Assembly: GCA_000146045.2 (NCBI GenBank)
Contig: BK006936.2
Span: 544,001 to 608,000 of the forward strand
Length of the DNA: 64,000 nucleotides
From: TPA_inf: Saccharomyces
Lineage: Eukaryota
Direction of reading: 5' to 3'
The notes beneath the pieces were generated by a model. The model was not told the origin of the DNA. It saw nothing but the letters and a program-made list of their open reading frames with translations, and searched no databases. Position numbers and translations under genes: made by a program. Shown one piece after another: positions 42,163 through 53,274 of the stretch; the stretch's first letter is position 1, and every line of letters begins with the position of its first letter.

Positions 42163-42445
42163 ATCGGAAACTTTTATGAGCTTTGTTTTTTACGCAACTA
42201 CTATCAATGTAATAATAGAACTTAAAAAACTGCTCATATTAATAATAAACGGAGGAAATACTCGAGGAGCTATTACTTCCAGGGACATCCGATATCTGAC
42301 GCCTTTTAAAATCTGCACATGCGCAAGATTTAAAAAAAAAAAAGGATCTCGGAACCGGAACGAGATTGCTCATTTTTCGTTCCGTTTCCGCAGGTTTTGC
42401 AAATCATTAAGCAGATACACAAGGGTCCTTTTAATGTTTATGTAA
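42071..42445 (+). CDS. Dubious ORF antisense to the EHT1 5' end (YBR178W-like), 124 aa
   Basis: ATG-initiated 124-aa portion of the track ORF 41978..42445; overlaps EHT1 on the opposite strand. Confidence 0.12.
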   Translation: MEPFSPTICETVPLYPQWNGLIAGHLETSDISETFMSFVFYATTINVIIELKKLLILIINGGNTRGAITSRDIRYLTPFKICTCARFKKKKGSRNRNEIAHFSFRFRRFCKSLSRYTRVLLMFM

Positions 42446-42546
42446 TTTCGTGCAAAGTGAAAAAAAAAATGGACCTGCTTGGAATAAAATAATAAGTAAC
42501 ATTATGTATATTGATTTGAAAAGACCTCATATATTTACAAGAATAT

Positions 42547-45114
42547 CTAATCGATGTCTAAATTTATTTCTTCCACCATCAATTTTTGAGCCACGGTTCC
42601 TTCGTATAGAGATTGGAAGAATTTGATTGACAACAAGTTACTTTCTTTTTTGTTTTCCAATTCTTTCTTAGTGATTTGTTTTTTATCCATAATTATTTCA
42701 CACGACCTTAGAATTTCACGTGTAGGTACACGCAAAACATCACGTACTTCATTTGAGGTTCTTTGAGCGTTAAGATGAATGTAATCCAGTTCTTGCAACT
42801 TTCTTTTGTATTTAATGGAAAGATTCATTGGTAAGGCACGGGGGAGGTCATGAATTAAATACGTAAGTCCCAACAAGGAACCTACCACTATAACCGGAAC
42901 TGATAACTTCTTGAGTGAGCTCCACGACGATAATTTAATGCCGTTTAATATAATGTTCCCCACAACCTTTGTACTTCCTAGAAAGTACAGCGTTAGAGTG
43001 GGAATTTTTGATGTGAAGAGCAATGATGGTCTTGACCAATATTGTGTCAAAGGATAATTTTTCAAACCCAAATACTTCATTAGGCCAATCTGACCCTCGT
43101 TAGTTTGTCCTTCTATATCCGGCAGTGGTGCTGTGACAGGTTTCTGCCAGCTTAAGTAAGACAAAAAGCCTTTCCAAGTTGGAGCAAACAAATCAGTTAT
43201 TGACAAAGATACTTTAAGCCTTTTTCCTATCAAATGCTTCCTTTTTCTAAACATTAGTTCGCTTCTGAAAACACGTTCACACATGAAATCATCACCAAGT
43301 TCATTTTTTCCAATCTCATAAATTTTTTTTACCAGTAAATCTGTCTTTTGCTTGGCAAATAATTCACTTGATCCTATTGACTCATCAATCTGATTTGCTA
43401 TGAACGCTTCTGTTGAAAATATGAAGTCATAAATTTGACCGAGGCCCTGATATTTCGGATATTCGTGTAGCGGAACATCCAACGCATTGAGAAGTGCTTC
43501 TTTAGTATTGTTATAAGTCATTGTAATTGTTTGCTCGGCCATTTGATCAACGGAAGTTGTTAAATCATTGCACTTTGCTCTAGCGCTCAAAATTTCAGGT
43601 CTCAATGTTTCCAGTTGTTCGTTAATTTTTATTTCTTCTTCACTATACATTTTCATATTAGATTTGGAGATCATTATTATATCGCTTAATAATTTCGATA
43701 GATAAGTCTTGGCAGGTAACAATTTAGAAAGTGATCTTTTCTTCAAAACAAAATTGCGTAGAGAATCTTCCAGACTGTCAAAATCCGGATCGGGATCGCT
43801 GCTAGAATATGGGTCGTCGTCAGGTTTTCGGTCACCATGATCTTCATTGTCATTTTCATTATGATAATGTGGCAATTCATCTCCGTTTTTGGAAACAAAG
43901 TGGACAAAATCAGCTGCACGTTTATATGTTTCTGGGGACAGGTCACGGATTTGCTTTAGGATCAACTCCTTACAACGTTGTTTGTCCCTGATTTTGTCAA
44001 ATTTTTTCACAACAAAAAACATTAATTTTTTCTCACGAGATGCTAAAGAAATAAACTCCTTGGCAGATAGTGTTAGCTGGTTCTCTGCATTGACAACAAA
44101 TATAACTAAGTCGATTTCTTCTTGTCGGGACATTACTTCGGCGGTTTGTAACGAGTCCATGTTCAACCCAGGGGAGTCAATTAATGAAATATCAACAGTA
44201 CCATTCCTTAATAGACTAGTAGAGGCAGGCCTTTTATCGTCCTTTATGTAAATCTTCAGTAAAGCATATTTTCCGTTTTGGGGAACCAAATCGGGAAGTT
44301 CTTTCAAAGTGTGTATTTCATAAGTCTTGGGATTTTGTATTGAATACATATCAATGGCTTCCTTGAGAGTCGGAGCAATGTTTAGTGGTATGGCATGAAC
44401 CTCCTCTATGCCGTCATTTTCCCGAGCCTCTAGTATTTCGGAAAATACATTGGTACATGGTAGCTGATCCTCAGGTAGCAAACGCTGCTTTAATAGAGAG
44501 TTGCAAAGAGCTGATTTACCAGTATTTACATCACCTGTGATGAATACTTTAGATGAAACGTCATCCACTCTTTTTTTCAAAGCGTTTAAATGATTTGTCA
44601 CTGATACGATCTGAGAGTGAAATAATTTTGATAAAGCTTTTTTCTCAATGTTGAAACCGTTCTTTTCTTTGGTATTGTACTGACCATCTAGCTTGATATT
44701 CAGTTGTAGAACATGTAATTTTTCCCGTTCATCATTTGCAGCAATAAAAATCGGGCGAATATTATTTTCTTCTTGAAGTTGATCCATAAAAGCTTGTGTC
44801 TTTAATATAGATCTTTTTAAAAGTACTCTATTGTTGTTATAATTCCACTGGCTAAGTTGTGAAGAAATTAAGTGTGCTTTTGAGTTGGAGGAACGCAATG
44901 AGGGCAACAAATCATCCTCCCTACGCCCCTCTTCACCATCAAACAAAGTGGTACGGTCATCAGTTACTCCATGGAAATTACTGCCTAAAAAATGACCTTC
45001 GTTGCGTGAGTAAGTAAGAGTTTGTGGTACTATTGTGGCGGCATCATCGTCCTGATCTGTGGAGTCCTTGTGCGGTTTATTGCTGTCTTTGAATTGTTGT
45101 TTTCCTTCAGACAT
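42547..45114 (-). CDS. FZO1: Mitofusin (outer-membrane dynamin-like GTPase), 855 aa
   Basis: 855-aa ORF with the GTPase P-loop GDVNTGKSALCNSLL and C-terminal transmembrane and heptad regions. Confidence 0.95.
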   Translation of the reverse strand: MSEGKQQFKDSNKPHKDSTDQDDDAATIVPQTLTYSRNEGHFLGSNFHGVTDDRTTLFDGEEGRREDDLLPSLRSSNSKAHLISSQLSQWNYNNNRVLLKRSILKTQAFMDQLQEENNIRPIFIAANDEREKLHVLQLNIKLDGQYNTKEKNGFNIEKKALSKLFHSQIVSVTNHLNALKKRVDDVSSKVFITGDVNTGKSALCNSLLKQRLLPEDQLPCTNVFSEILEARENDGIEEVHAIPLNIAPTLKEAIDMYSIQNPKTYEIHTLKELPDLVPQNGKYALLKIYIKDDKRPASTSLLRNGTVDISLIDSPGLNMDSLQTAEVMSRQEEIDLVIFVVNAENQLTLSAKEFISLASREKKLMFFVVKKFDKIRDKQRCKELILKQIRDLSPETYKRAADFVHFVSKNGDELPHYHNENDNEDHGDRKPDDDPYSSSDPDPDFDSLEDSLRNFVLKKRSLSKLLPAKTYLSKLLSDIIMISKSNMKMYSEEEIKINEQLETLRPEILSARAKCNDLTTSVDQMAEQTITMTYNNTKEALLNALDVPLHEYPKYQGLGQIYDFIFSTEAFIANQIDESIGSSELFAKQKTDLLVKKIYEIGKNELGDDFMCERVFRSELMFRKRKHLIGKRLKVSLSITDLFAPTWKGFLSYLSWQKPVTAPLPDIEGQTNEGQIGLMKYLGLKNYPLTQYWSRPSLLFTSKIPTLTLYFLGSTKVVGNIILNGIKLSSWSSLKKLSVPVIVVGSLLGLTYLIHDLPRALPMNLSIKYKRKLQELDYIHLNAQRTSNEVRDVLRVPTREILRSCEIIMDKKQITKKELENKKESNLLSIKFFQSLYEGTVAQKLMVEEINLDID

Positions 45115-45740
45115 CGTTAAATGAGCCTACCGTTTTGCCTCTATCCGTGATATCAGATAATGTTGCTATGTTCGGATGTACTTTGCTTTATTTATTAAGG
45201 GCTACTGTAACCTGCGTTATCCTGTTTCAATAATGCATCGTCCGTCTTAATTAATATTAGCCCGGCCATATTCTTCAGCATGAAAAGCTGTATTTACCCG
45301 GACTGCGCACCAACTTTTAAATATTAATCTCCGTTCGGTCTTTGCGCGAGTTATTATACTAGCGCCACGTATTAGTAATACTATAGCTATCTTGCCAGAT
45401 AAGGGATCACAAGGAATTATATACCGTGGATCACAACTATCCATATCACTCTTCCCAATTTCGCGGAGAAATACTTATGCAGGTTTCCAAATCATTTCCG
45501 TAGCCAAAGCTGCCTGTTGGCCACTGTTTTGGCATCTCTCTACATTTTTTTTTTTCATTGATACTTTCAACCCAGACATTCTGTCACCTGGTGAAAAACG
45601 ACACAAACTCCTTTGTAACAACAATTGCAATTTTAAGATATATGAGAATATTGATAAGGCTAGAAGGATGGTAGTAAGAAAAGTTGTTGTTGGTAATTTT
45701 TCAAAAAAGAGTTTCAAGAGCTGGGAAAAGAATTAAGGCA

Positions 45741-47459
45741 ATGGGAAGCGAACCGTTTCAGAAAAAGAATTTGGGTCTGCAAATTAATTCGCAAGAAAGT
45801 GGAACAACCCGCTCAACATTTCATTCGCTAGAAGATCTAGGAGATGATGTAATTAATGAAAGCTGGGATCAGGTGAACCAAAAGAGAGCCAATATAGATC
45901 ATGATGTCTTTCATGAGCACCCTGACTCTTCCCCATCATTGTCAGCACAGAAAGCAAAAACAAAAGAAGAGGAAGTTGCTGTAAAGTCATCGAACTCCCA
46001 GTCAAGAGACCCTTCTCCTGATACTCAAGCACATATTCCATATACTTATTTTTCCAAGGATCAAAGACTAATCATTTTTGGAATTATCATTTTTATAGGA
46101 TTTTTGGGCCCAATGTCTGGAAACATATATATACCGGCTTTACCATTGCTGCAAAGGGAATATGATGTAAGTGCAACAACAATAAACGCTACAGTTTCTG
46201 TATTTATGGCTGTTTTTTCCGTTGGTCCATTGTTTTGGGGCGCACTGGCGGATTTTGGTGGAAGGAAATTCTTATATATGGTGTCGTTATCACTAATGTT
46301 AATTGTTAATATACTTTTGGCCGCTGTACCAGTCAATATTGCTGCCCTTTTTGTTTTAAGAATTTTCCAAGCTTTCGCTTCCAGCTCTGTGATTTCTCTG
46401 GGAGCTGGCACTGTAACAGACGTTGTTCCTCCAAAACACAGGGGAAAGGCCATAGCGTATTTCATGATGGGTCCAAACATGGGTCCTATTATAGCACCCA
46501 TTGTTGCTGGGCTTATTTTAATGAAAGGAAATTACTGGAGATGGCTTTTTGGTTTCACTTCTATCATGACAGGAATAGCATTGATCTTGGTTACTGCTTT
46601 ACTTCCAGAAACGCTACGTTGTATAGTTGGTAATGGAGACCCTAAATGGGGTGACAAAAAAGATGAACGTGAAAATAACGAATCTCCATTCTTCGAAGGT
46701 AATAAAATATCACATCGGCGTCTGTTCCCAGACATTGGTATCCGTAAACCAGTCAATAATGATGCTTTCTTCCAAGAAAATTTTCCAAAGCCGCCTAAAG
46801 CAGGTTTGACACTATATTGGAAAATGATTAAATGTCCTCCAATAATAATCACGTCCGTCAGTACTGCACTCCTGTTCTCCAGTTACTATGCGTTCAGCGT
46901 CACGTTTTCGTATTACCTTGAACATGACTACCGTTTTACTATGTTAGAAATTGGTGCTGCTTATGTCTGCCCAGGTGTAGCTATGTTACTAGGATCTCAA
47001 TCTGGTGGGCACCTCTCAGATTATCTTCGTTCACGCTGGATCAAAAGTCATCCTAAAAAGAAATTCCCGGCAGAGTTTCGTTTATTACTGAACCTAATTG
47101 GAATTTTACTAACAATATGTGGCACAATAGGATACGGATGGGCAATCTTCTTTCATTATCATTTTGTGGTTCTTTTAGTTTTTTCCGCTCTCACTGCCTT
47201 TGGTATGACCTGGTGCAGCAACACATCAATGACATATTTAACTGAGTTATTCCCCAAAAGAGCTGCTGGAACTGTTGCTGTTAGTAGTTTCTTTCGAAAT
47301 GTGGGCGCTGCCATTAGTTCCGCTATCATTTTACAGCTCTGTAACGCAATGGGAATTGGATGGTGTTTTACAGGGCTCGGTCTCTGCAGTTCAATTTCAT
47401 TGATTGGTATATTATATCTTCTCATTTTTCAAAGAAAATATACTGCCAAAGAATTTTAA
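45741..47459 (+). CDS. DTR1: MFS multidrug/dityrosine transporter, 572 aa
   Basis: The track ORF starts at TTG 45684. ATG at 45741 gives 572 aa (MGSEPFQKKN...) with 12 predicted transmembrane helices and MFS signatures. Confidence 0.85.
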   Translation: MGSEPFQKKNLGLQINSQESGTTRSTFHSLEDLGDDVINESWDQVNQKRANIDHDVFHEHPDSSPSLSAQKAKTKEEEVAVKSSNSQSRDPSPDTQAHIPYTYFSKDQRLIIFGIIIFIGFLGPMSGNIYIPALPLLQREYDVSATTINATVSVFMAVFSVGPLFWGALADFGGRKFLYMVSLSLMLIVNILLAAVPVNIAALFVLRIFQAFASSSVISLGAGTVTDVVPPKHRGKAIAYFMMGPNMGPIIAPIVAGLILMKGNYWRWLFGFTSIMTGIALILVTALLPETLRCIVGNGDPKWGDKKDERENNESPFFEGNKISHRRLFPDIGIRKPVNNDAFFQENFPKPPKAGLTLYWKMIKCPPIIITSVSTALLFSSYYAFSVTFSYYLEHDYRFTMLEIGAAYVCPGVAMLLGSQSGGHLSDYLRSRWIKSHPKKKFPAEFRLLLNLIGILLTICGTIGYGWAIFFHYHFVVLLVFSALTAFGMTWCSNTSMTYLTELFPKRAAGTVAVSSFFRNVGAAISSAIILQLCNAMGIGWCFTGLGLCSSISLIGILYLLIFQRKYTAKEF

Positions 47460-47711
47460 GAAATAGTTTATGTTTAGCTATAAAATTTAACTTTTAGAAT
47501 TTTATTATATTATTTAACTTTCAAGAAAATTTTCTCATCACTCATCCCAAGGACTTCAAGAAATAGAACAATGCATCATAAGTTTATGAATTACGTGCAT
47601 TTGGACCTTCAAAGAATAAAATCGAAGTTATAGTTAATTATATTAAATTAAGCCAAAAGTACATATATCTAAAAGGAAAAAGTATAAAAATTATGCAGGT
47701 CCAAGACATAC

Positions 47712-48775
47712 TTAAGCCTTCAAAGAAGAAGCTCTTCTCTTTCTGATTTCGGCCTTTTCAGCCTTTCTTTCAGACAATCTCTTAGCCAACAATTGAGCGT
47801 ATTCGGCAGCAGCTTCTCTTTGAGCTTGAGCGTTTCTGACCTTCAAAGCTCTTTGGTGTCTCTTTCTTTGCAATCTTTGAGGAGTAACCAATCTTTGGAT
47901 CTTTGGAGCCTTGGTGTAAGTCTTTTCACCCTTGGTGACTTCTCTTCTGATGACGAAATCACGAACGTCATCTTCCTTGGACAAACCGAAGAACTTTCTG
48001 ATGTTGTTAGCTCTCTTTGGACCCAATCTCTTTGGAACAGTAGTGTCAGTTAGACCTTCCAATTCTTGTTCACCCTTCTTGACAATGACCAAAGCCAAGA
48101 CAGCCAAATCTGGACCAACAATGGCACCTCTGACGGACTTTCTCTTTCTTTCACCATCACGTCTTGGTCTGTAACAAGAAACGTTCTTGGTCAACAACAA
48201 CTTGATTCTAGTTGGCAACAAAACACCTTGCTTCATTGGGAAACCTTGTTTGTCGTTACCACCAGAGATCTTGAAGACGTAGCCCTTGAATTCATCACCA
48301 ACGGCTTCACCATCGACTTCTTGACCGATTCTCTTGTCGAAGAAAACACGAATACGGTGTTCATCATCAATTTCGAAGGTCTTTTGAGACCCGTTGACTG
48401 GGTAAGAAATGTTCAACTGTTATAAATAATACCATTTGTTAGTAAAGTTGTCCGAAGCCAATATCGACAAATTCCAACGAATCCCTGCTGTCCTTTCTTC
48501 CGTTACAGGTTTTTCTTATTTTCATTGATATTTCTAAACCCTTTTCGTAAATTCCTTTTTCATTCCTTAATTTGAACTTAGCGAGATATTTTCCTAAGTG
48601 TCGGTACGTGTATATTAGAGGGAATTATCTCGTTTAAACAACGTTGTTCTTGAGAATTTTTATTATAGTGCACTAATTTGTGGGTATACGTTTATCAAAC
48701 AGTCAGAAACAGCCGGTTAGCGCGTGCTGATTCATTAGAATTCTAAGGATTTGGGTGATATTACATACCTTCATG
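47712..48775 (-). CDS. RPS6B: Ribosomal protein S6 (eS6), 236 aa; join(48775..48770, 48416..47712) with a 353-nt intron
   Basis: Exon 2 translates to [34 protein letters not shown]...RRASSLKA. Exon 1 is ATGAAG (MK), followed by the 5' splice site GTATGT (plus strand reads acatac|cttcat at 48764..48775). Confidence 0.93.
48417..48769 (-). other. RPS6B: Spliceosomal intron of RPS6B (353 nt)
   Basis: 5' splice site GTATGT (minus strand, 48769..48764); branchpoint TACTAAC (plus-strand gttagta at about 48436..48442); 3' splice site AG at 48418..48417. Confidence 0.9.
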
Positions 48776-49067
48776 ATGGCTCAGTCGTCTATTCACACTG
48801 GATAGTTTCAATTAATGACTTCCAAATGTTTTGAAGGGCACACTATTCAAATTAAGATCACTTTTCATAAAGATGAATTTTTCTCCCATCAGGCATTCAT
48901 TGACCGTGCCCTACAAACCAAGCCAGCCGAGATTGTATCAGCTCCACGCACATAGGATTTTCGCCTGCCCTTGGCCCATACCGAAAGAGTTTCCTAGGAT
49001 GATGGGCCGGCATGAAGATAAGCGGCCTGTATGCCCGAGACACTGAAAAAAAACAGCAAAAAAATAA

Positions 49068-49095
49068 GATGTATGGAGTTCAAAGATGTATGGAT
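49068..49095 (-). promoter_or_regulatory. RPS6B: Two tandem Rap1-like sites (minus strand CATCCATACATC and CTCCATACATC) about 300 bp upstream of RPS6B
   Basis: Good match to the core of the Rap1 consensus ACACCCRYACAYM, with a downstream T-rich tract as is typical of RP promoters. Confidence 0.45.
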
Positions 49096-49505
49096 GCAAG
49101 AAAAGAGGTTAATGGTGCAAACTGTAGAAAAAAAAGTAAGGAAATAATTTATTTTTAATAAAATTAACTGAAAAGATACATGTATATTTTTCTCAAATTA
49201 ATCAATGCAATATGTGATATATTTGCTATCTGGCTTAATGAGATAATTTTTTACATAATTATGTTGAGAAGTTAACAGGGCAGTCTCTATTGTTTTGATC
49301 GATTGAGTGCACAAAAATTGGAAGGGGGCCGTGGAGCACTACCTGCAAATTGCTAGAAATTTGCGTCACTACATCTGAAAAATGTACGAGCGACATAATT
49401 GTCTATAGCCCTAATTTAGAAGACGTTTGCCTAAATGCGCCAACATACACTCTTAATTTTAAGCGAATGCTTTCTTGTAGTAAAAAGTAGCTAGAAAGCG
49501 ATTCA

Positions 49506-50864
49506 TTAATCTGGAGAGTTTGTCGAACTCGTGGATTTCAAAGTTGAACTAGCTACCGAGGAAGGAAAAACCACAATAGATGAAGACGGGCTTTTCGGAA
49601 ATTTAGGCGGTCTTCCAATTGGCGGTTTCAGAAAGAATGTTTTGTTATTTACATAAGTGCTGCCACATCGGCCATTATGATATAAGTCGTCCATATCATT
49701 GTTCTTGAATCCCAAAAACTTTGAACGAGAAAGAGGGGAGGACATGTTGCTGGCGAGCATTTGATTGGGAGTGGCTTGTACATCCGTTTTCGGTGATGCG
49801 GTTCCTGAATACATTGCTGGCGACCTCTGGCAAGCGTCATTTGTGGCCTTCGGAATATTTAGCTTTAAATATGGCTTCCCTGAGAGCTTTCCTCTATTGC
49901 TGTTCAGTTGGTGCAGGTGATGGACCATCGCCTGCACTGGAGCTGGACCTTCCAAAGTATTTGATATAGCAACTGTCGGGTGTATCTTTTGCTTTGCTTC
50001 AAAGCTCTCGCTGTCACCCGTCCCATTAAATCCTTTTCCCATTGGGTTACTATTTGCCGGAATAACCTGTACAAATTGCGATTGAAAGGATGGAATATTG
50101 CCCACTAAACTTGCAGGCAATGAAGGCTTTGGCAAATTCTCGTAAGGCGACGGGTAAAAATTATGATAATTAGAGTGGTTAGATTCAGAAAGTAGTAAAT
50201 GAGTATCCGGCCTAATCCTCTTGTTCATAAAATTCCTATGAATAGCCTCGTTTGCAACATGCTGTTGGTCTACGCTTTCTTTATAATCATTAGCATGAAA
50301 ACTCCCACCAGAATTTAAACCGCCTTGCAACATTTGATAATCTGCACTATTTCTTGCACAGTCAGAATGATTGGATCCGCTACGTGATATTGCTCCGTGG
50401 CAATGCACCAATGGTGTACTTACACCAGCGTTCCCGGCGTCATTTGACGCCAACGGAGCGCTTAAATTCCCATTGTTTTGTACACTGGAGGAATCTTGAC
50501 TCGAAACTGTACAACTCCCAGAATGGGAAGCTGGTTGCAACACGGTTGCTCTTCTTCGCCTGCGCTTCCTTTCATTCAGAACAACACGTGGTTTTTTCAC
50601 ATAGTCACCATAATCAGATGGTTCTATGATATTATGAGGAAGATCAGTGTTGTTTTGATGAACATTAAGCAGGTTACTCATATCAACAGAAGAGTATTCG
50701 TAGAATGTATTATTGGATCCTAAAATAATGACAGCAATGTCTACTTGGCAAAGTACTGACAATTCATGAGCCTTTTTAAATAGTCCTGCTTTTCGCTTTA
50801 TGAAAGTAACTGTACGATTTCTATCATCTTTGATAGGTTCAATTTCAATTTTTCTTCTACCCAT
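49506..50864 (-). CDS. SMP1: MADS-box (MEF2-type) transcription factor, 452 aa
   Basis: The N-terminus [49 protein letters not shown] is the MADS/MEF2 domain. Confidence 0.9.
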   Translation of the reverse strand: MGRRKIEIEPIKDDRNRTVTFIKRKAGLFKKAHELSVLCQVDIAVIILGSNNTFYEYSSVDMSNLLNVHQNNTDLPHNIIEPSDYGDYVKKPRVVLNERKRRRRRATVLQPASHSGSCTVSSQDSSSVQNNGNLSAPLASNDAGNAGVSTPLVHCHGAISRSGSNHSDCARNSADYQMLQGGLNSGGSFHANDYKESVDQQHVANEAIHRNFMNKRIRPDTHLLLSESNHSNYHNFYPSPYENLPKPSLPASLVGNIPSFQSQFVQVIPANSNPMGKGFNGTGDSESFEAKQKIHPTVAISNTLEGPAPVQAMVHHLHQLNSNRGKLSGKPYLKLNIPKATNDACQRSPAMYSGTASPKTDVQATPNQMLASNMSSPLSRSKFLGFKNNDMDDLYHNGRCGSTYVNNKTFFLKPPIGRPPKFPKSPSSSIVVFPSSVASSTLKSTSSTNSPD

Positions 50865-51360
50865 TTAGCAGAAATTTTTTTGAAAATAATTGTGTTTGCT
50901 TATCTAGAGCTTTATTAAATTTTTTTCTGATGAGATAGGCCTGCTCGAAAAAATAGTCTGTCTTTGAATTTGGCTCGTATATTTCTCCCTTCGAATGAAT
51001 GATAAAGAAAGACTCAAAGGAATGATGTAGTGTTATATAGATTGGCTAAAATAATTTGGCAAAAGAAAGATGGATAAGGATAGTTCATGTTTTTGAGTCC
51101 TTCACGAACATAGGAAGCCGGGTATGCGTGGAGATTTAAGTTTTGCCAAGCCTCCAATTACTCGAGCGAGATTATTTTTGCAGAAGAAACAAAGACGCCG
51201 CTTGTTACTAAAAAAAGAAGGCAACAATAATGCAAAAAGTTCGAACCAACTGTACCTCAAGCCGTTTTGTAAGCCACTATCATCGGGAACGGTACAGGTA
51301 GAATGATAGATGAAATTTACGTAAGCGTTAATGGAAAACAATAACGATGTGGTGTAAAAG

Positions 51361-51555
51361 CTAGTGCGTAGTGTGAGTGCCACTAGTTTTCTTTGACAGC
51401 TTAAGAGCAAGCTTTTGGAGCTCACAATCAAGTGAAACAAGAATTATGTTCATTTTCTCCTTCGGAACTGCAGAATAAAAATTCTTTATACTATAAACAC
51501 CGCCATTATCAAAAAAGTATTGCTGAATCATGGTATACAGCGTGAAAATCTTCAT
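51361..51555 (-). CDS. Small ORF of 64 aa, probably YBR182C-A (protein of unknown function)
   Basis: ATG-initiated 64-aa ORF in the SMP1–YPC1 intergenic region; its size and location match my recollection of YBR182C-A. No domain is recognisable. Confidence 0.35.
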   Translation of the reverse strand: MKIFTLYTMIQQYFFDNGGVYSIKNFYSAVPKEKMNIILVSLDCELQKLALKLSKKTSGTHTTH

Positions 51556-52114
51556 GGCATTTCTACAAATTCTTTTTAGTTAGTATCGCCAACCATTAAC
51601 CTTTTTAGTAATGCTGACGTTAAACGAAGGCGAAAAAAAATACTTGGCAACACCATCGTTTATATTTTTTTCAAATGGAAGTGTCGGCCGACGTAGCATA
51701 GCAGGAAAGATTCAAAGGCAAGGGTTTCACATAACGTTACCCTTCTGACCACGCCCCTTCTTTCGATCCCACTAGTGCGGACGGATTATCACGCAAGTTT
51801 TTTAACGCGAGACATCGGAAAATATTTATGCCGATTAGATCCGGCCCCTGAAACTTTTTGTTTGATACTTTCAAACGCACTACTCTACCCCATGACATAA
51901 AAAATATCTGTCTCCGGTTATATATGTCTAAATAGAATTCGGGTAGCATTTTATTTTTATCGCTTATAGGAAAAAGATATTTGCATATATATATCTATAT
52001 ATCCTATATACATCTATATAGTTATTGTGTAAGGGGTTTTTATAAGGTCCGATACTTACAGAGATTAATTTGTAAATAAAAGCAGAAATCTTTATTTAAG
52101 AAAATAGAAGATTG

Positions 52115-53065
52115 ATGGGAATATTTCGTTGGAACTATCCAGAGAGTTCTGTCCCCGGCGTTTGGGGAGAAACAACTTCCACTATTGACTGGTGTGAGGA
52201 GAACTATGTCGTTTCTCCCTATATTGCCGAGTGGTCAAACACTTTAACTAACAGCGTATTCATACTGTCAGCGATTTACACAACTTACTCTGCTTACAAG
52301 AATAAATTAGAAAAAAGGTTTTTACTTATTGGCTTCGGGTACGGTTTGGTCGGAGTAGGATCATGGCTATTTCATATGACACTGAAGTATAGATTCCAAC
52401 TATTGGATGAACTTCCAATGATATACGCCATGTGCATTCCGACATGGAGTTTAGTATGCGAGGCCAAAGAGGCATTACTTAACGGAGATAATCACAAGAA
52501 GGTTCCTCTATTTGAACAGATATTCATCGGCGTAATTATCGGCCTGGCCGTTACAACAGCAAGCATACTCTACGTTATTTACAAAAATGTCGATATCCAT
52601 CAAATTTTGTTTGGCGTACAGATTGTAGTTGTGGCTGCTACTGCAGGAAGTTTGACGTACAGATACGTCCATGATCCACTTGCCAAAAGAAATCTCAAGG
52701 CTTCAATGGCGCTCGGCGCAATTTTGTTCTTATCTGGCTACATTTCGTGGCTACTTGATATACACTATTGTTCGTTCTGGGTGCACGTTAGAAGAAGTAT
52801 TTTGGCTTTACCACTTGGTGTACTGCTTGAACCACACGGATGGTGGCATATATTAACTGGTATGGGGATTTATTTCTACATTGTTTCTTTGGAACATTTA
52901 AGGGTCATTACGCTCAACGTCAGCTGCAATTACCAGTTCATCTGGAGATGGAAAGTCTTCCCTGAACTGATATGGAAAGGGCGCAAACCCTCAACAAGAT
53001 ATTCACTTGAACTATTTGGCCCATACGTAGAAGATCAATCAATTGAAGTTAAAAAGGAGAAGTAA
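52115..53065 (+). CDS. YPC1: Alkaline phytoceramidase (CREST/ceramidase family), 316 aa
   Basis: The track ORF starts at TTG 52112; ATG at 52115 gives 316 aa. The multi-transmembrane ceramidase has conserved His residues and a C-terminal KKEK-type ER retrieval signal. Confidence 0.9.
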   Translation: MGIFRWNYPESSVPGVWGETTSTIDWCEENYVVSPYIAEWSNTLTNSVFILSAIYTTYSAYKNKLEKRFLLIGFGYGLVGVGSWLFHMTLKYRFQLLDELPMIYAMCIPTWSLVCEAKEALLNGDNHKKVPLFEQIFIGVIIGLAVTTASILYVIYKNVDIHQILFGVQIVVVAATAGSLTYRYVHDPLAKRNLKASMALGAILFLSGYISWLLDIHYCSFWVHVRRSILALPLGVLLEPHGWWHILTGMGIYFYIVSLEHLRVITLNVSCNYQFIWRWKVFPELIWKGRKPSTRYSLELFGPYVEDQSIEVKKEK

Positions 53066-53261
53066 TAATTATAGCATAATATATATTCATAATGTATAGG
53101 CATATTTATTTTTTATTTTTTTTATTTCATGTTCTATTTAATGACGAATCACGAAGAAAATATATCTAAGAAAAGATCTTTTGAATCCTTGATTTGCGAA
53201 TAGTTTAAATGACCCAGCTTATTGCTCTGGTGAAAAAAAACTTTGTGCGGTCTCAAAGCCG

Positions 53262-53274
53262 TCGGCGGCAAAAT
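53262..53274. promoter_or_regulatory. URS1 (Ume6-binding) element TCGGCGGCAAAAT about 95 bp upstream of YBR184W
   Basis: 12/13 match to the URS1 consensus TCGGCGGCTAAAT. Confidence 0.5.

Noticed and set aside
51737-51949. 70-aa minus-strand ORF and the GC-rich segment cccactagtgcggacgg in the SMP1–YPC1 interval as a possible tRNA remnant or gene
   Set aside because: No cloverleaf can be drawn, there are no A/B boxes, and the ORF has a non-ATG start and a random-looking composition.
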